Source of the DNA: a virus
Lineage: Duplodnaviria; Caudoviricetes
IMG/VR virus record: IMGVR_UViG_3300049144_000095
Location: 187,160-251,159 of that record
DNA: 64,000 nt
Direction: 5' to 3' (one strand)
Every line of letters begins with the position of its first letter. The stretch's first letter is position 1. The notes under the pieces are model-generated. The model worked only from the letters and a program-made list of their open reading frames with translations, was not told the origin of the DNA and ran no database searches. Of the stretch, positions 35,863 through 45,153 are shown piece after piece. A program made the position numbers and the translations under genes.

Positions 35863-37473
35863 ATGACCCGTTTCAACATCAAGACAACCCAGCCGAAGGC
35901 GAAGGCTCCGGCCATCGGCACCTCTGTGAACCACGAGGGCGGCACCGGCTACACGCTCCCGGAGAAGGGTGAGCTGTTCAATCTCGCCACCGTCAACTTC
36001 GTCGGACAGGACACCTTCTATGAGAAGGGCGTCGACCGGGACGCACGCTACAACGGGCTCGTTGAGAGCGTCGCAGTCGACGACTGGTCCTGGTTGCGTG
36101 GCATGCTGACATGGCTGCGCTCCGACGCCAACATCCGCACCGCCTCCCTCACAGGCGCCGCGCACGCCGTGCACCGCCGCCTGGCAGCCGGTCAGTACGA
36201 CGGCAACGCCGAACTGGTCGACTCCGTGATCCAGCGCGCCGATGAGGTCGGCGAGTTCGCCGTGTACTGGCTCGCCACCTTCAAGGGCACCATGCCGAAG
36301 CCGGTCAAGAAGGGCCTGGCGATGGCGATGGTGCGCCTCTACACGGCCCGCAACGCCCTGAAGTGGGACTCGGGGGCGCGCGGCATGCGTTTCGCCGACG
36401 TCATCAACCTCGTCCACCCGAAGCCGCGCGACTCCGAGCAGGAGGCGCTGTGGAAGTACCTGCTCGACGAGCGCGGGCACAAGGACGGCAGCATCGACAC
36501 GGTGCCGATGATCGCCGCTCGCAAGCGCTGGTACGACGAGTTCTCCGACGAGCAGAAGCTGGCCTCGCTCCGCGACGGCTCGGCGTTCCGCGACTGCGGT
36601 CTCACGTGGGAGAACGCGTCGTCCGAGCTGAAGGCCCGAGTCGGCGAGAAGGTGCTATGGGAAGCGATGGCCTCGCACCTGCCCTACATGGCCGCCATAC
36701 GCAACCTGCGAAACATGGACCAGGCGGGCATCTCGTACACCACGGCCAGCAAGCTGGCGGCGCGCATCGCAGACCCGGCGGAGGTGGCCAAGTTCCGGCA
36801 GCTTCCGTACCGGTTCCTGTCCGCCTACCTGGCGGCTCCGAGCGACCGCTGGAAGGGTGCCCTGGAGGAGGCCATCAACCTGTCGCTGAAGTCCGTGCCG
36901 GAACTGCCGGGGCGCACGCTGGTCCTGGTCGACACTTCGGCGTCGATGAACCAGATGGGTTTCTCGGAGAAGTCCAAGGTGACCCCGGCCGTGGCGGCGG
37001 CCATCTTCGGCACGATCCTGGCCCAGCGCAACCCGGGCCGGGTCGAGCTGTACGGCTTCGCCAGCGGCGTGTTCAAGCACGACGTCAAGCCGGGTCAGGG
37101 GGTCCTCGCCGCCACGCAGGGCTTCATTCGCCGGATCGGCGATGTCGGGCACGGTACCGAGATGACGGCGTCCATCCGCCAGACGTTCACCGGGCACGAC
37201 CGCGTGTTCGTGATCAGCGACATGCAGTGCTTCGCGGACGACTCCGGGACGATGCTGACCAACGGTGAGACATACGGCGCGGTTGCGCAGCCGGTTCCGG
37301 TGCCGAACGGTACGAAGGTGTACGGCGTCAACATCGGCGGCAACACCAAGACCGCGATCGACTCGCGGATCAAGAACCGGTTCGAGTTCGCCGGACTGAC
37401 CGACCAGGTCTTCCAGCAGATCCTCGCACTGGAGGCCGGGTTCGCCGAGAAGTGGCCGTGGATGACTGCCTGA
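35863..37473 (+). CDS. rsr: Ro60/TROVE RNA-binding protein with C-terminal vWA domain
   Basis: NHEGG..Y....KGELF..FVGQDTFYE; WLRSDANIRTAS; RFADVINLVHPKP; LPYMAAIRNLRN; QLPYRFLSAY; LVLVDTSASM. Confidence 0.93.
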   Translation: MTRFNIKTTQPKAKAPAIGTSVNHEGGTGYTLPEKGELFNLATVNFVGQDTFYEKGVDRDARYNGLVESVAVDDWSWLRGMLTWLRSDANIRTASLTGAAHAVHRRLAAGQYDGNAELVDSVIQRADEVGEFAVYWLATFKGTMPKPVKKGLAMAMVRLYTARNALKWDSGARGMRFADVINLVHPKPRDSEQEALWKYLLDERGHKDGSIDTVPMIAARKRWYDEFSDEQKLASLRDGSAFRDCGLTWENASSELKARVGEKVLWEAMASHLPYMAAIRNLRNMDQAGISYTTASKLAARIADPAEVAKFRQLPYRFLSAYLAAPSDRWKGALEEAINLSLKSVPELPGRTLVLVDTSASMNQMGFSEKSKVTPAVAAAIFGTILAQRNPGRVELYGFASGVFKHDVKPGQGVLAATQGFIRRIGDVGHGTEMTASIRQTFTGHDRVFVISDMQCFADDSGTMLTNGETYGAVAQPVPVPNGTKVYGVNIGGNTKTAIDSRIKNRFEFAGLTDQVFQQILALEAGFAEKWPWMTA

Positions 37474-37484
37474 GCGGCGCACAG

Positions 37485-37518
37485 CGACGGGCCCCTTCGG
37501 AAACGAGGGGGCCCGTCG
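37485..37518 (+). terminator. GC hairpin after the Ro60 gene
   Basis: CGACGGGCCCCTT...GGGGGCCCGTCG. Confidence 0.65.
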
Positions 37519-37540
37519 TGGTTCACTCTCACCGAAGGAC

Positions 37541-37570
37541 TGGCCTAGGCCACGAAGTTTCCCATAGAAT
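37541..37570 (+). promoter_or_regulatory. promoter with GGCCTAGGCC (37542-37551)
   Basis: TGGCCT-N18-TAGAAT. Confidence 0.6.
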
Positions 37571-37598
37571 GGAATGGTTGACGGAAAGGAAAAGAAAC

Positions 37599-38621
37599 GT
37601 GACCACCAAGATCTGGATCAACCGAGCCCGCACGTACAAGACACACCTCATCGACATGCTGCGCAGCAATCCCGACGGGCGACCGGTGGAGATCTACACC
37701 ACGCACGTGGAAGCCAGCCCGGCGACCGCCCGTGCGGACCACTACAGCGCCGAACCCTCCCGGGAGACCCCGGACGAGGAGTACGCCGCCTGGGCCCTGG
37801 AGTTCGCGGAGCGCAATGGCATCGACTTCCTGCTCCCTTCGGACCGGGTCGTCGCACTGTCTCACTACCAGCACGAGTTCGCCCGGATCGGCACCACGCT
37901 GCTCTCCGCGCCGAACCCCGACCGCGCGGCCGTCACCAACTCCAAGACGGAAACGTACCGCCTGGCGGCAGAAGCGGGCCTGCGGGTGCCCCTACATGTC
38001 CAGGTGTCCACTGCGGCCGACTTCCGTGACGCGGTTCGCAAGATCGAATGGCAGGGCTTCCCGGCCTGCGTGAAGCCCGACACGGGGTGGGCGGCCGACG
38101 GTTTCTGGCTCATCAATCACCGGCGTCCCAGTGCCTCCGAACTCTTCACTCGCGGGCAGCGTACGGTTCGCGCAGAGGACTACGCCCGAGCCCTCCACGA
38201 CCTGGAAGACGGCGGAGAGAAGATTCCGCCACTCATCGTGATGCCCTACATGGACGACCCGGAGACGAGCATCGACTGCCTCACCGCTTCGGACGGCCAG
38301 GTCGTCACCACGATCGCCCGCAGCAAGGGTCGTTACGCGCGCACCTTCAGCGACGATCCGGCAGTGCATCACATCGCCCGCACGATGGCGCAGGCGCTCG
38401 GCATCACCTACCTGTCCAATGTGCAGACCAGGATGCTGGACGGTGAACCCATGCTGCTGGAGGTCAACCCCCGCGCCTCGGACGGTCTGCCCCACTGCAT
38501 GGCCACCGGCATCAACCTCGCCTGGGAAGCGGTCCGCCTCGCCTCCGGAGAGCCCGTGCGTGCACTGCGGCCCGACACCAGCAAGCTGCTCTACGTCGTG
38601 GACAGCATCATCGAGCTGTAG
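37599..38621 (+). CDS. ATP-grasp protein, Ter-associated type
   Basis: KIWINRARTY..LIDMLRSNPDG; YAAWALEFAERNGIDFLLP; CVKP; LIVMPYMDDPETSIDCL; LLEVNPR. Confidence 0.8.
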   Translation: MTTKIWINRARTYKTHLIDMLRSNPDGRPVEIYTTHVEASPATARADHYSAEPSRETPDEEYAAWALEFAERNGIDFLLPSDRVVALSHYQHEFARIGTTLLSAPNPDRAAVTNSKTETYRLAAEAGLRVPLHVQVSTAADFRDAVRKIEWQGFPACVKPDTGWAADGFWLINHRRPSASELFTRGQRTVRAEDYARALHDLEDGGEKIPPLIVMPYMDDPETSIDCLTASDGQVVTTIARSKGRYARTFSDDPAVHHIARTMAQALGITYLSNVQTRMLDGEPMLLEVNPRASDGLPHCMATGINLAWEAVRLASGEPVRALRPDTSKLLYVVDSIIEL

Positions 38622-38673
38622 GGATGGACCTGGGGTCCTCCGTGCAGCAGGCACCTTGAAGGAGGGGCCTGGA

Positions 38674-39057
38674 ATGGGTCAGGGAAGCACGGTCGAAGTC
38701 GGCGGAGAGGTTCTTTCCGTCGGTGACACGGTGATCGTGGAGAAAGGGCGGGACCGGGTGGAATGTCCGATCACCTCGATCGGCAATAAATACATCCACG
38801 TGAAGATGCACAACAGGGCGCTGAGGTTCCGTATCGGCGACCAGTCGGTTGCCGACAACCGGCGCGGAGTGCCCGCCCGCTTCTACACGCACACCGAAGT
38901 GGCTCGGGCGAAGAAACGGAGGGATCTGATCCTTCGCCTTCATGCTCTCGGATTCAAGCCGGTGGAGGGTTCTCTCAGCTCCGCGTCTCAGTACGATGAT
39001 GAGACGTTGGAGCGGGTTATCGCCGTCTTGTCCGAAAGCGTCAACTCCGGGAAATAA
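38674..39057 (+). CDS. hypothetical protein (SH3-like beta-rich N-terminus)
   Basis: GGAGGGG RBS; LSVGDTVIV...ITSIGNKYIHV. Confidence 0.6.
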   Translation: MGQGSTVEVGGEVLSVGDTVIVEKGRDRVECPITSIGNKYIHVKMHNRALRFRIGDQSVADNRRGVPARFYTHTEVARAKKRRDLILRLHALGFKPVEGSLSSASQYDDETLERVIAVLSESVNSGK

Positions 39058-39096
39058 CAACGGGGTTGGACCGTGGTGCCCCTCCTCTGCTAAACT

Positions 39097-39106
39097 GGCC
39101 TAGGCC
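39097..39106. promoter_or_regulatory. GGCCTAGGCC palindrome between a -10-like TAAACT and the RBS of an HTH gene
   Basis: TAAACT-GGCCTAGGCC-GATAAGGGAGGGG. Confidence 0.6.
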
Positions 39107-39123
39107 GATAAGGGAGGGGCACC

Positions 39124-39483
39124 ATGGAGCAAATCCAGGGGTTCTACGACGCAACCCACATCGCCCGGCGTCTCGGAGTGAAAACGTCCGAGGTTATGCG
39201 ATGGGTGAACAGTCCGACTGCCCGCTTCCCTCTGCCCATCGCCATCCTCCTCCAGGACAACGGCAAAGACCGGCCGATATGGAGCCGAGATCAGGTCCCT
39301 GAGCTGCGCGCCTGGCTTGCCCGGCGCCTCAACCTGAGCAACCCGGCTGCCCACTGGGCACTGATCGACCGTGGCGGAGAACAGCCCGGAGATCACCCGG
39401 ATCAGATGGCCATGTTCCAGGCCACTCACGACGGACCGGCCGAGAGCGACACCCTCTTCGCTGTCGAGAGTGAGGTCGCGTGA
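39124..39483 (+). CDS. HTH protein (Cro/excisionase/AlpA-like)
   Basis: DATHIARRLGVKTSEVMRWV...FPLP. Confidence 0.7.
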   Translation: MEQIQGFYDATHIARRLGVKTSEVMRWVNSPTARFPLPIAILLQDNGKDRPIWSRDQVPELRAWLARRLNLSNPAAHWALIDRGGEQPGDHPDQMAMFQATHDGPAESDTLFAVESEVA

Positions 39484-39713
39484 AAGGCCACCTGCTGTAC
39501 TGCGCCTTGATCACCACGCCTCTCCTTGTGGGCGGTGTGCTGCTCGGCCTGTTCGTCCATCCGCTGGCCGGAGCCGTCTATCTGATCGTCTTCTATGTGG
39601 CCTACACGCGTTACAACTGGCTACACCTGACGGCGGATCGCATCTCAAAGGGAATCGGAAAGGGGAAAAGCGGTGAACGATCCGCGTCTCGAACAGCATC
39701 TCGTCATCCATAG
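39480..39713 (+). CDS. small membrane protein
   Basis: Two hydrophobic segments; GTGA overlap. Confidence 0.55.
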   Translation: MKGHLLYCALITTPLLVGGVLLGLFVHPLAGAVYLIVFYVAYTRYNWLHLTADRISKGIGKGKSGERSASRTASRHP

Positions 39714-39897
39714 CGCAGCCACCCTGGCCTTGGCCGTCCTCTGTGGCGCGGCCGGAGGGCTCGTTGTCCACTCGTGGGCGGTCGGCGTCCTCATGGTGGC
39801 CACGGTCATGACTCTGGGGGTCCTGGCCATGCGGCTCGGCCCGGTCCGGCGCAGCATCAACCGGGTCGCTCTGGCCGTCGTCGAGGGCGCTCGATGA
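39673..39897 (+). CDS. small membrane protein
   Basis: Two hydrophobic segments; AGGGGAA RBS. Confidence 0.55.
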   Translation: MNDPRLEQHLVIHSAATLALAVLCGAAGGLVVHSWAVGVLMVATVMTLGVLAMRLGPVRRSINRVALAVVEGAR

Positions 39898-40145
39898 GGC
39901 GGATCGCAGACCATGTCTTCCGGGGGCAGAGCAGGTGCCTGTACCCCGTGCCGAGCCGGATCCCCGGCGAGGGTGCCGTCTGCGGCAGACCGGAGCAGAT
40001 GCACAAGGAGAGCGCCGACGGTCGCTCGCGCCCCTCCGTGCACTTGTTCATCGGGCTTCGCCGCTGTGCCGGATGCGGTCTGGGCTTCGATCATCCGGGC
40101 CACTACTTTTCCCCCAGCAGGCGAAGGTTCGGCAGGGCCCAGTAG
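39894..40145 (+). CDS. Cys/His-rich small protein
   Basis: ATGA overlap; C..CGRPEQMH and CAGCG...H. Confidence 0.5.
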   Translation: MRRIADHVFRGQSRCLYPVPSRIPGEGAVCGRPEQMHKESADGRSRPSVHLFIGLRRCAGCGLGFDHPGHYFSPSRRRFGRAQ

Positions 40146-40175
40146 AGGCCTGCACGAGGCAGGGGGAAGGGCGTC

Positions 40176-40376
40176 ATGCAGATCACTATCGATCTGGCGG
40201 TCTTACTGGCGATCATCATCGTCATCCGGCTCCGCCGTCGCACCGAGGCACGGAGCCGGAACGACGAGCTGTTGACAGTGCTGATCGTGCTCGTCTTCGG
40301 TGTGCTTGTGGCGCCGACGTCGTTCGGGCACGCAGTCGCCGGACTGGCCGACTCGGTCGTCCATAGCAAGCCATGA
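40176..40376 (+). CDS. small two-TM membrane protein
   Basis: Hydrophobic-RLRRR-hydrophobic pattern; GGGGAAGGG RBS. Confidence 0.6.
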   Translation: MQITIDLAVLLAIIIVIRLRRRTEARSRNDELLTVLIVLVFGVLVAPTSFGHAVAGLADSVVHSKP

Positions 40377-40392
40377 CAGGAAAGAGGACAGC

Positions 40393-40572
40393 ATGGCCCG
40401 AACGGAATCGGTCGGCCGGATGGATCGCGTACAGGTGATCCGTGAGCTGATATCCGACGCTGCGGCAGAGACGCCGCGCACCGTCGAGGACGGCCTGGAG
40501 CAGCAGGGAGCACTCCGCTTCCTGCAACGCAAGCTCAGCGAAGCTTCCACGGAGGTGATCACGGGTGACTGA
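40393..40572 (+). CDS. small hypothetical protein
   Basis: AGAGGA RBS; overlap with next gene. Confidence 0.45.
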   Translation: MARTESVGRMDRVQVIRELISDAAAETPRTVEDGLEQQGALRFLQRKLSEASTEVITGD

Positions 40573-40882
40573 GCAAAGCCGCAGCGGCGACCAGCGGTCC
40601 GGCCGCTTGTCGGTGACCGAACCGGACCTCCGCCTCGTGCAGATGTCCGACCTGCTTCCTACAGTCCGGCTGCGCTGCCTGAGCGCTGAGGCGGCCCAAG
40701 AGGTGGTTCGGCGGTGCGACGAGGCGCCGCACAAGGGCTGGAACAACCAGACCCGTCTGGACGGCGACAGCGTGGTCATCACGTACGCCGACAAGCGGTG
40801 GCCCTACGACATCGCAGAGATGGCGCAAGAGTTGGATCTGGCTTCCGACGCGGATGCAGCCCGGGTGATCGCATGCCTCTAG
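40565..40882 (+). CDS. hypothetical protein
   Basis: Coupled operon gene. Confidence 0.55.
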   Translation: MTEQSRSGDQRSGRLSVTEPDLRLVQMSDLLPTVRLRCLSAEAAQEVVRRCDEAPHKGWNNQTRLDGDSVVITYADKRWPYDIAEMAQELDLASDADAARVIACL

Positions 40883-41205
40883 GCGCTCCATCGGATCTGG
40901 GTGGCGGCCGAGGTCTCTACCTGTATGGCGGCTGCGAGATCGTCACCAGGCGAGGCGACCGGGTTCGGGTGCAGGACTCCTCGTCCATCGAAGGGCCGCA
41001 CCTGCGGGTCTTCCGTGATCCGGGACCGCGCGAGAGTGCGGACTGCCTGCACGTGACCCTGACGGAGGTCATCGAACTCCGCGACCGGCTCGATCAGTTC
41101 CTGGGCTGCGTGAACTCCCGGTGGGGTGACGGAGTCCTGGAGGCCGCCCTGGAGGCGGTGGCGCAACATCGCAGAGACGGCCACAGGGCCGACATCGGAG
41201 AGTGA
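40873..41205 (+). CDS. hypothetical protein
   Basis: Part of track ORF 40714..41205; VRVQDSSSIEGPHLRVF. Confidence 0.5.
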   Translation: MPLGAPSDLGGGRGLYLYGGCEIVTRRGDRVRVQDSSSIEGPHLRVFRDPGPRESADCLHVTLTEVIELRDRLDQFLGCVNSRWGDGVLEAALEAVAQHRRDGHRADIGE

Positions 41206-41214
41206 GAAGAAGAA

Positions 41215-41502
41215 ATGATCGCACACGAGCAGGCGGTTCTGGCAGTCCACCCCCGGGCGCGGGAGTTCCGGCCCGTCCACAAGTCGCTGGGCGGTGGCAT
41301 CTGGGGCTGGGTGTACCAGGTTCCGGCCGGGGAAGGGTCGGCATCGGTCGTGTTCTCCTGGGTCACGGTTGACGGAGAAGTCTCCCAGGACTGCACGAAG
41401 GAGGTGCGTCGGGCCGAAGGGAACCTCAAGACGTACATGCGCAATCGTCGCGCCCACAAGGCCCCGCGCATCCAGTCGGGCCACCTGGAGGACATGAAGT
41501 GA
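41215..41502 (+). CDS. hypothetical protein
   Basis: GTGA overlap with helicase gene. Confidence 0.55.
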   Translation: MIAHEQAVLAVHPRAREFRPVHKSLGGGIWGWVYQVPAGEGSASVVFSWVTVDGEVSQDCTKEVRRAEGNLKTYMRNRRAHKAPRIQSGHLEDMK

Positions 41503-43154
41503 AGACGCTTCGCCCCTACCAGAAGGAGGGGGTTGAGATCCTGGCCGGAGGCGGCCTGAACGCTTCCGGCCTCGGTGCGGGCAAGACGCTGATGAGCGTC
41601 GAGAGTGTCCGCACCCTCCGGCTGGGCCGTTCGCCGCGCATCCTCGTCGTCGCCCCGGTTACCACTCTGCGCCAGTGGAGGGCCACGTTCGTCGAGCAGT
41701 TCCCCACGCTCGATTCCAAGAACCTGGTGCACATCGTCGGCACCCCGCAGAGCGACCCGGACGGCTGGCAGCGGCTGACCCGCAAACAGTCGGGGGTGTT
41801 CATCATCGGCTGGCAGGCCATGCACGGCGGTATACCGGAGCAGACGCGACGTGACGCCTCTCACGGCCGGAACAAGACCGCCCGGCGCCCCAAGGTCACC
41901 GTCGAGGCGGTCAGGAAAGCCATCGCCAAGGGCACCGTGCCGCCGTGGACCAGGACGGGCACGTGGGACCTGGTGATCCTTGACGAGGTGCACCGCGCGA
42001 GCAACAAGGACGGCGTCCCCCACTACGTCCTGCGGATGATCAAGGCCGATCGCAAGCTGGCCCTCTCTCACACCCCGGGCGGCAACAACCCGGAAGGCCT
42101 GTACGCCGTACTGAACCTTCTCTGGCCGAAGAAGTACAGCAACTACTGGGACTGGGTTTACGCGCACTTCCACGTAAAGCCCGACACGATCTACAAGAGG
42201 GGGCCCAACGGGCAGGCAACGCCCCATGAAGTGCTCAAGATCGGCAAGGAGCTACGGCCAGGCAGCATCTGGGACGACATCCCGGCCGTGGTCCGGTACC
42301 GGACCGAGGATGTCTACGACCAGCTCCCGCCCGTCATCGATCGCGTGGTGCAGGTTCCCATGGGGCCCGAACAGGAGGAGCAATATCTTGATTTCGCCGA
42401 GCAGTCGTTGGCCTGGCTCGGTGACCTGCCGGTTGCCACACCGCTGCCCGTCGAGCAGCGCACCCGGTTGCGCCAGGCGGCCCTCGGCACCCTCAAAGCC
42501 GAGGAGACCAGGAAGCGGAAGGTCTCCTGGCTCACCGAAGACGGCCTGGCGAAGAAGAGGGAAGACCCCAAAACTCTCGACCTGAAGGTGCTCGAAAAGA
42601 GGATCAACGAAGAGACCGGGGTCGCGAAGTACCAGGTCTCCTATCTTCAGGAGAACCTTGACATCTCCTACGAGGAGAACGCTCCGCAGCCCAAGCTCGA
42701 TGCAGTGAAGGACATCCTGGCCGACCTGCCCGATGGTGAACCACTGCTTGTCTGGACGCACTCGGCGAAGTGGGCACGCATGGCAGAAAAGGCCCTGGGC
42801 ACCCAGGCGGTGTCCTGGACCTCCAGCACCACGGATAGCAAACGGCGGCAAATCGAGGAGGAGTTCGGCACCAAGTGGCGAGTCCTCGTAGCTCAGCTTC
42901 AGTCCCTGTCCGAGGGGGTCGACTGGCTGAAGGACGCCTGTCGCTGCGAGGTCATTGCCTCCGTCACCGAAGACGAGGTGATGAACCAGCAGGCCGAGGG
43001 CCGCTTGCACCGGCCAGGACAGAAGTCGCCGGTGCAGCGCTGGCGGTTGATGACAGAAGGGACGGTCGACGAGGACGTGACCGTGAACAATCTGAAGAAG
43101 CGTCTCCGGATGGGGTCGCTCTACAAGGACCCAATCGGAGAGGAGGCCGCCTGA
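41499..43154 (+). CDS. SNF2-like superfamily 2 helicase
   Basis: LRPYQKEG; GLGAGKT; LVILDEVH; LSHTP; SEGVD; QAEGRLHRPGQ. Confidence 0.88.
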   Translation: MKTLRPYQKEGVEILAGGGLNASGLGAGKTLMSVESVRTLRLGRSPRILVVAPVTTLRQWRATFVEQFPTLDSKNLVHIVGTPQSDPDGWQRLTRKQSGVFIIGWQAMHGGIPEQTRRDASHGRNKTARRPKVTVEAVRKAIAKGTVPPWTRTGTWDLVILDEVHRASNKDGVPHYVLRMIKADRKLALSHTPGGNNPEGLYAVLNLLWPKKYSNYWDWVYAHFHVKPDTIYKRGPNGQATPHEVLKIGKELRPGSIWDDIPAVVRYRTEDVYDQLPPVIDRVVQVPMGPEQEEQYLDFAEQSLAWLGDLPVATPLPVEQRTRLRQAALGTLKAEETRKRKVSWLTEDGLAKKREDPKTLDLKVLEKRINEETGVAKYQVSYLQENLDISYEENAPQPKLDAVKDILADLPDGEPLLVWTHSAKWARMAEKALGTQAVSWTSSTTDSKRRQIEEEFGTKWRVLVAQLQSLSEGVDWLKDACRCEVIASVTEDEVMNQQAEGRLHRPGQKSPVQRWRLMTEGTVDEDVTVNNLKKRLRMGSLYKDPIGEEAA

Positions 43155-43726
43155 TGTCCGCACTGTTCAACGAGGAACGGTCCAGGGTTGTATGGACCGG
43201 CTGGGATGAGGGTCTTCCGCCGGGGTACGGCATGGCGACCGGGCGGGACGAGGCGAACCGACGATGGATCTGGGTCTTCAAGGGACGTGAAGCCAAAAAG
43301 GCGGACTTCATCGGTTCCGTCGGCCTGCCCGTCAGCGAGAGGGACGACCGCCTTCATGTGTACGACTCCACTGGCGGATACCTGGGACCGTGCCTCGACC
43401 AGACGAAGGCGTTGCGCGAGATCGTCTGGCACTACAAGGAGGCGACGTCAGGCGGGATCCCGGGTGAGACCGGAACCCTTCAGCAGCGCATCGCCGGAGT
43501 CGTCGAGAACGAGGTGCCGGTCGCCTACGTGAGCCTTCTGACCGCCCGCCTCCGGCAGACGGTACGACAGTGGGAGGATGAAGCGGCTCAGGCAGCGCGC
43601 ACCGAAGCTCAGCGGGCCCTTGCCGCCCTGGTGCCCGACCAGGCCGACATCACTGTGGCCCACGAGGTAGCTGACCGCATCATGGCCGCTGCGCACATCT
43701 CGGACTCTGAGGATGAAGCATGGTGA
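43154..43726 (+). CDS. hypothetical protein
   Basis: TGATG overlap with the helicase stop; GGAGG RBS. Confidence 0.6.
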   Translation: MSALFNEERSRVVWTGWDEGLPPGYGMATGRDEANRRWIWVFKGREAKKADFIGSVGLPVSERDDRLHVYDSTGGYLGPCLDQTKALREIVWHYKEATSGGIPGETGTLQQRIAGVVENEVPVAYVSLLTARLRQTVRQWEDEAAQAARTEAQRALAALVPDQADITVAHEVADRIMAAAHISDSEDEAW

Positions 43727-44025
43727 TGCGCGTCGATCATGAGCGGTTCCACAAGATCCTGACCGAGGCCCAATGGGAGCGGTCCCTGCGGAACGACTGG
43801 GTCGAGTCGCCGGACGGACCCAGCGAGCTGGGGTGGGTCATCTTCGAGCGGGAGACCATGCATCGCGCCGTGAACCAAGTGCGAGGCGAGAACGGGCTGG
43901 CCGAGATCTCGGTCGAGCACGTGAAACGCGTAGAGAGGATGGCCACGGGCCACTCCGACTACACCTTCAAGTACGCCCTGTACTGCGCCGAGCTGGCGGC
44001 CGACATCATGCTGCCAGCCCCCTAA
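43720..44025 (+). CDS. hypothetical protein
   Basis: Overlapping operon gene. Confidence 0.6.
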   Translation: MVMRVDHERFHKILTEAQWERSLRNDWVESPDGPSELGWVIFERETMHRAVNQVRGENGLAEISVEHVKRVERMATGHSDYTFKYALYCAELAADIMLPAP

Positions 44026-44046
44026 GAGATCGGAAGGAGAAGAAAG

Positions 44047-44715
44047 GTGAAGATCTACGACGTGAACCTGCGCGTACGGACGGACGACCACGTGGGTCCC
44101 GAACTGGTCAAGGCGAAGCTCACTCAGTCCAGCCAGGACCGGCGCTTCAATGTCAGCGTCACGGACATAGAGCCCGGCCACCTCACAGTGGAGGAAGTCG
44201 ACAGCCTGGCTGCCTTCATCCATGAGGGGCAGACCGACAAGGGCGGCACGCCCTACGTCGAGCACGTGCGAGCTGTCGCCGCCGGACTGAAGGCGTTCGG
44301 ACCCCTGCTCGTCATGGCTGGCCTTCTCCATGACTCCATCGAGGACGGCGAAGGCTGGAGCGCCGAACAACTCCTGACCGCTGGCGTCATCCCGTCTGCG
44401 GTGGAACTCGTGGAGATGGTCACCAACACGCCAGGAGAGCCCTACCAGGTCAAGATGAAGCGGATTACCCAGGACTATCTGGCGACCCTGCTGAAGATCT
44501 CCGACAACGCGCACAACAGCCGGGAAGACAGGCGGAAGGCGCTCGACCAGGCCACCAGGGACCGGCATGCCAAGAAGTACTCGAAGGCCCGTGAGACGCT
44601 ATGGGCAGCCGTGAAGCCGGAGGATGTCGAGACCATCCTGAAGGCGGTCAACCCAGGGCTACTGCCGGAGCTGTACAAGATGCACCCGAATCTCAGCGAG
44701 GAGATCACGTGCTGA
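44047..44715 (+). CDS. HD-domain hydrolase, RelA/SpoT hydrolase (small alarmone hydrolase)-like
   Basis: HEGQTDKGGTPYVEHVRAV; AGLLHDSIED; LKISDNAHN. Confidence 0.85.
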   Translation: MKIYDVNLRVRTDDHVGPELVKAKLTQSSQDRRFNVSVTDIEPGHLTVEEVDSLAAFIHEGQTDKGGTPYVEHVRAVAAGLKAFGPLLVMAGLLHDSIEDGEGWSAEQLLTAGVIPSAVELVEMVTNTPGEPYQVKMKRITQDYLATLLKISDNAHNSREDRRKALDQATRDRHAKKYSKARETLWAAVKPEDVETILKAVNPGLLPELYKMHPNLSEEITC

Positions 44716-45059
44716 ACGGCTGGAACACGCGTGACGACGTCGCCGAGGAACTGACGGAGACCTACGGCTGGCTGGAGGATCCTCAGTCCCCTGGCGTCTT
44801 CACGCTCGGGTACGCCAAGTGGACAGTCATCGCTGCTAACGGCGAGAGCGTCCTCACGGTTACCGGCACCCAGGCCGTCCCCGGCTACGCCATCAACTTC
44901 GTGCCGACTGTTCCGCACTTCCAGATCGTGCGCGCATGCATCGAGGCGACGGCGGACTGCTGGCGCTGCGGCACCGCCTGCGAGGGCGACTGCAACGAGC
45001 CGGACGGCGTCGTGTTCGGCCGCGACGGGGACGGCACTGTCTACAGCCGGACCCTGTGA
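44709..45059 (+). CDS. hypothetical protein with Cys cluster
   Basis: GAGGAG RBS; CWRCGTACEGDC. Confidence 0.55.
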   Translation: MLNGWNTRDDVAEELTETYGWLEDPQSPGVFTLGYAKWTVIAANGESVLTVTGTQAVPGYAINFVPTVPHFQIVRACIEATADCWRCGTACEGDCNEPDGVVFGRDGDGTVYSRTL

Positions 45060-45074
45060 CACGAGAGACGAGGA

Positions 45075-45128
45075 CTCGGGGGCGGACCAAATTCGGTTCG
45101 CCCCCGAGTTGTATCGCGCGATACAACT
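45075..45128. repeat. hairpin plus 22-bp perfect palindrome, copy 1
   Basis: CTCGGGGGCGGACC..GGTTCGCCCCCGAG then AGTTGTATCGCGCGATACAACT (45107-45128). Confidence 0.85.
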
Positions 45129-45153
45129 TGATGCACCACGGAAAGGGGAAGTG

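Noticed and set aside
42040-42080. inactive SNF2 helicase because motif III reads SHT
   Set aside because: All other motifs are intact; a single motif III variant is not evidence of inactivity.
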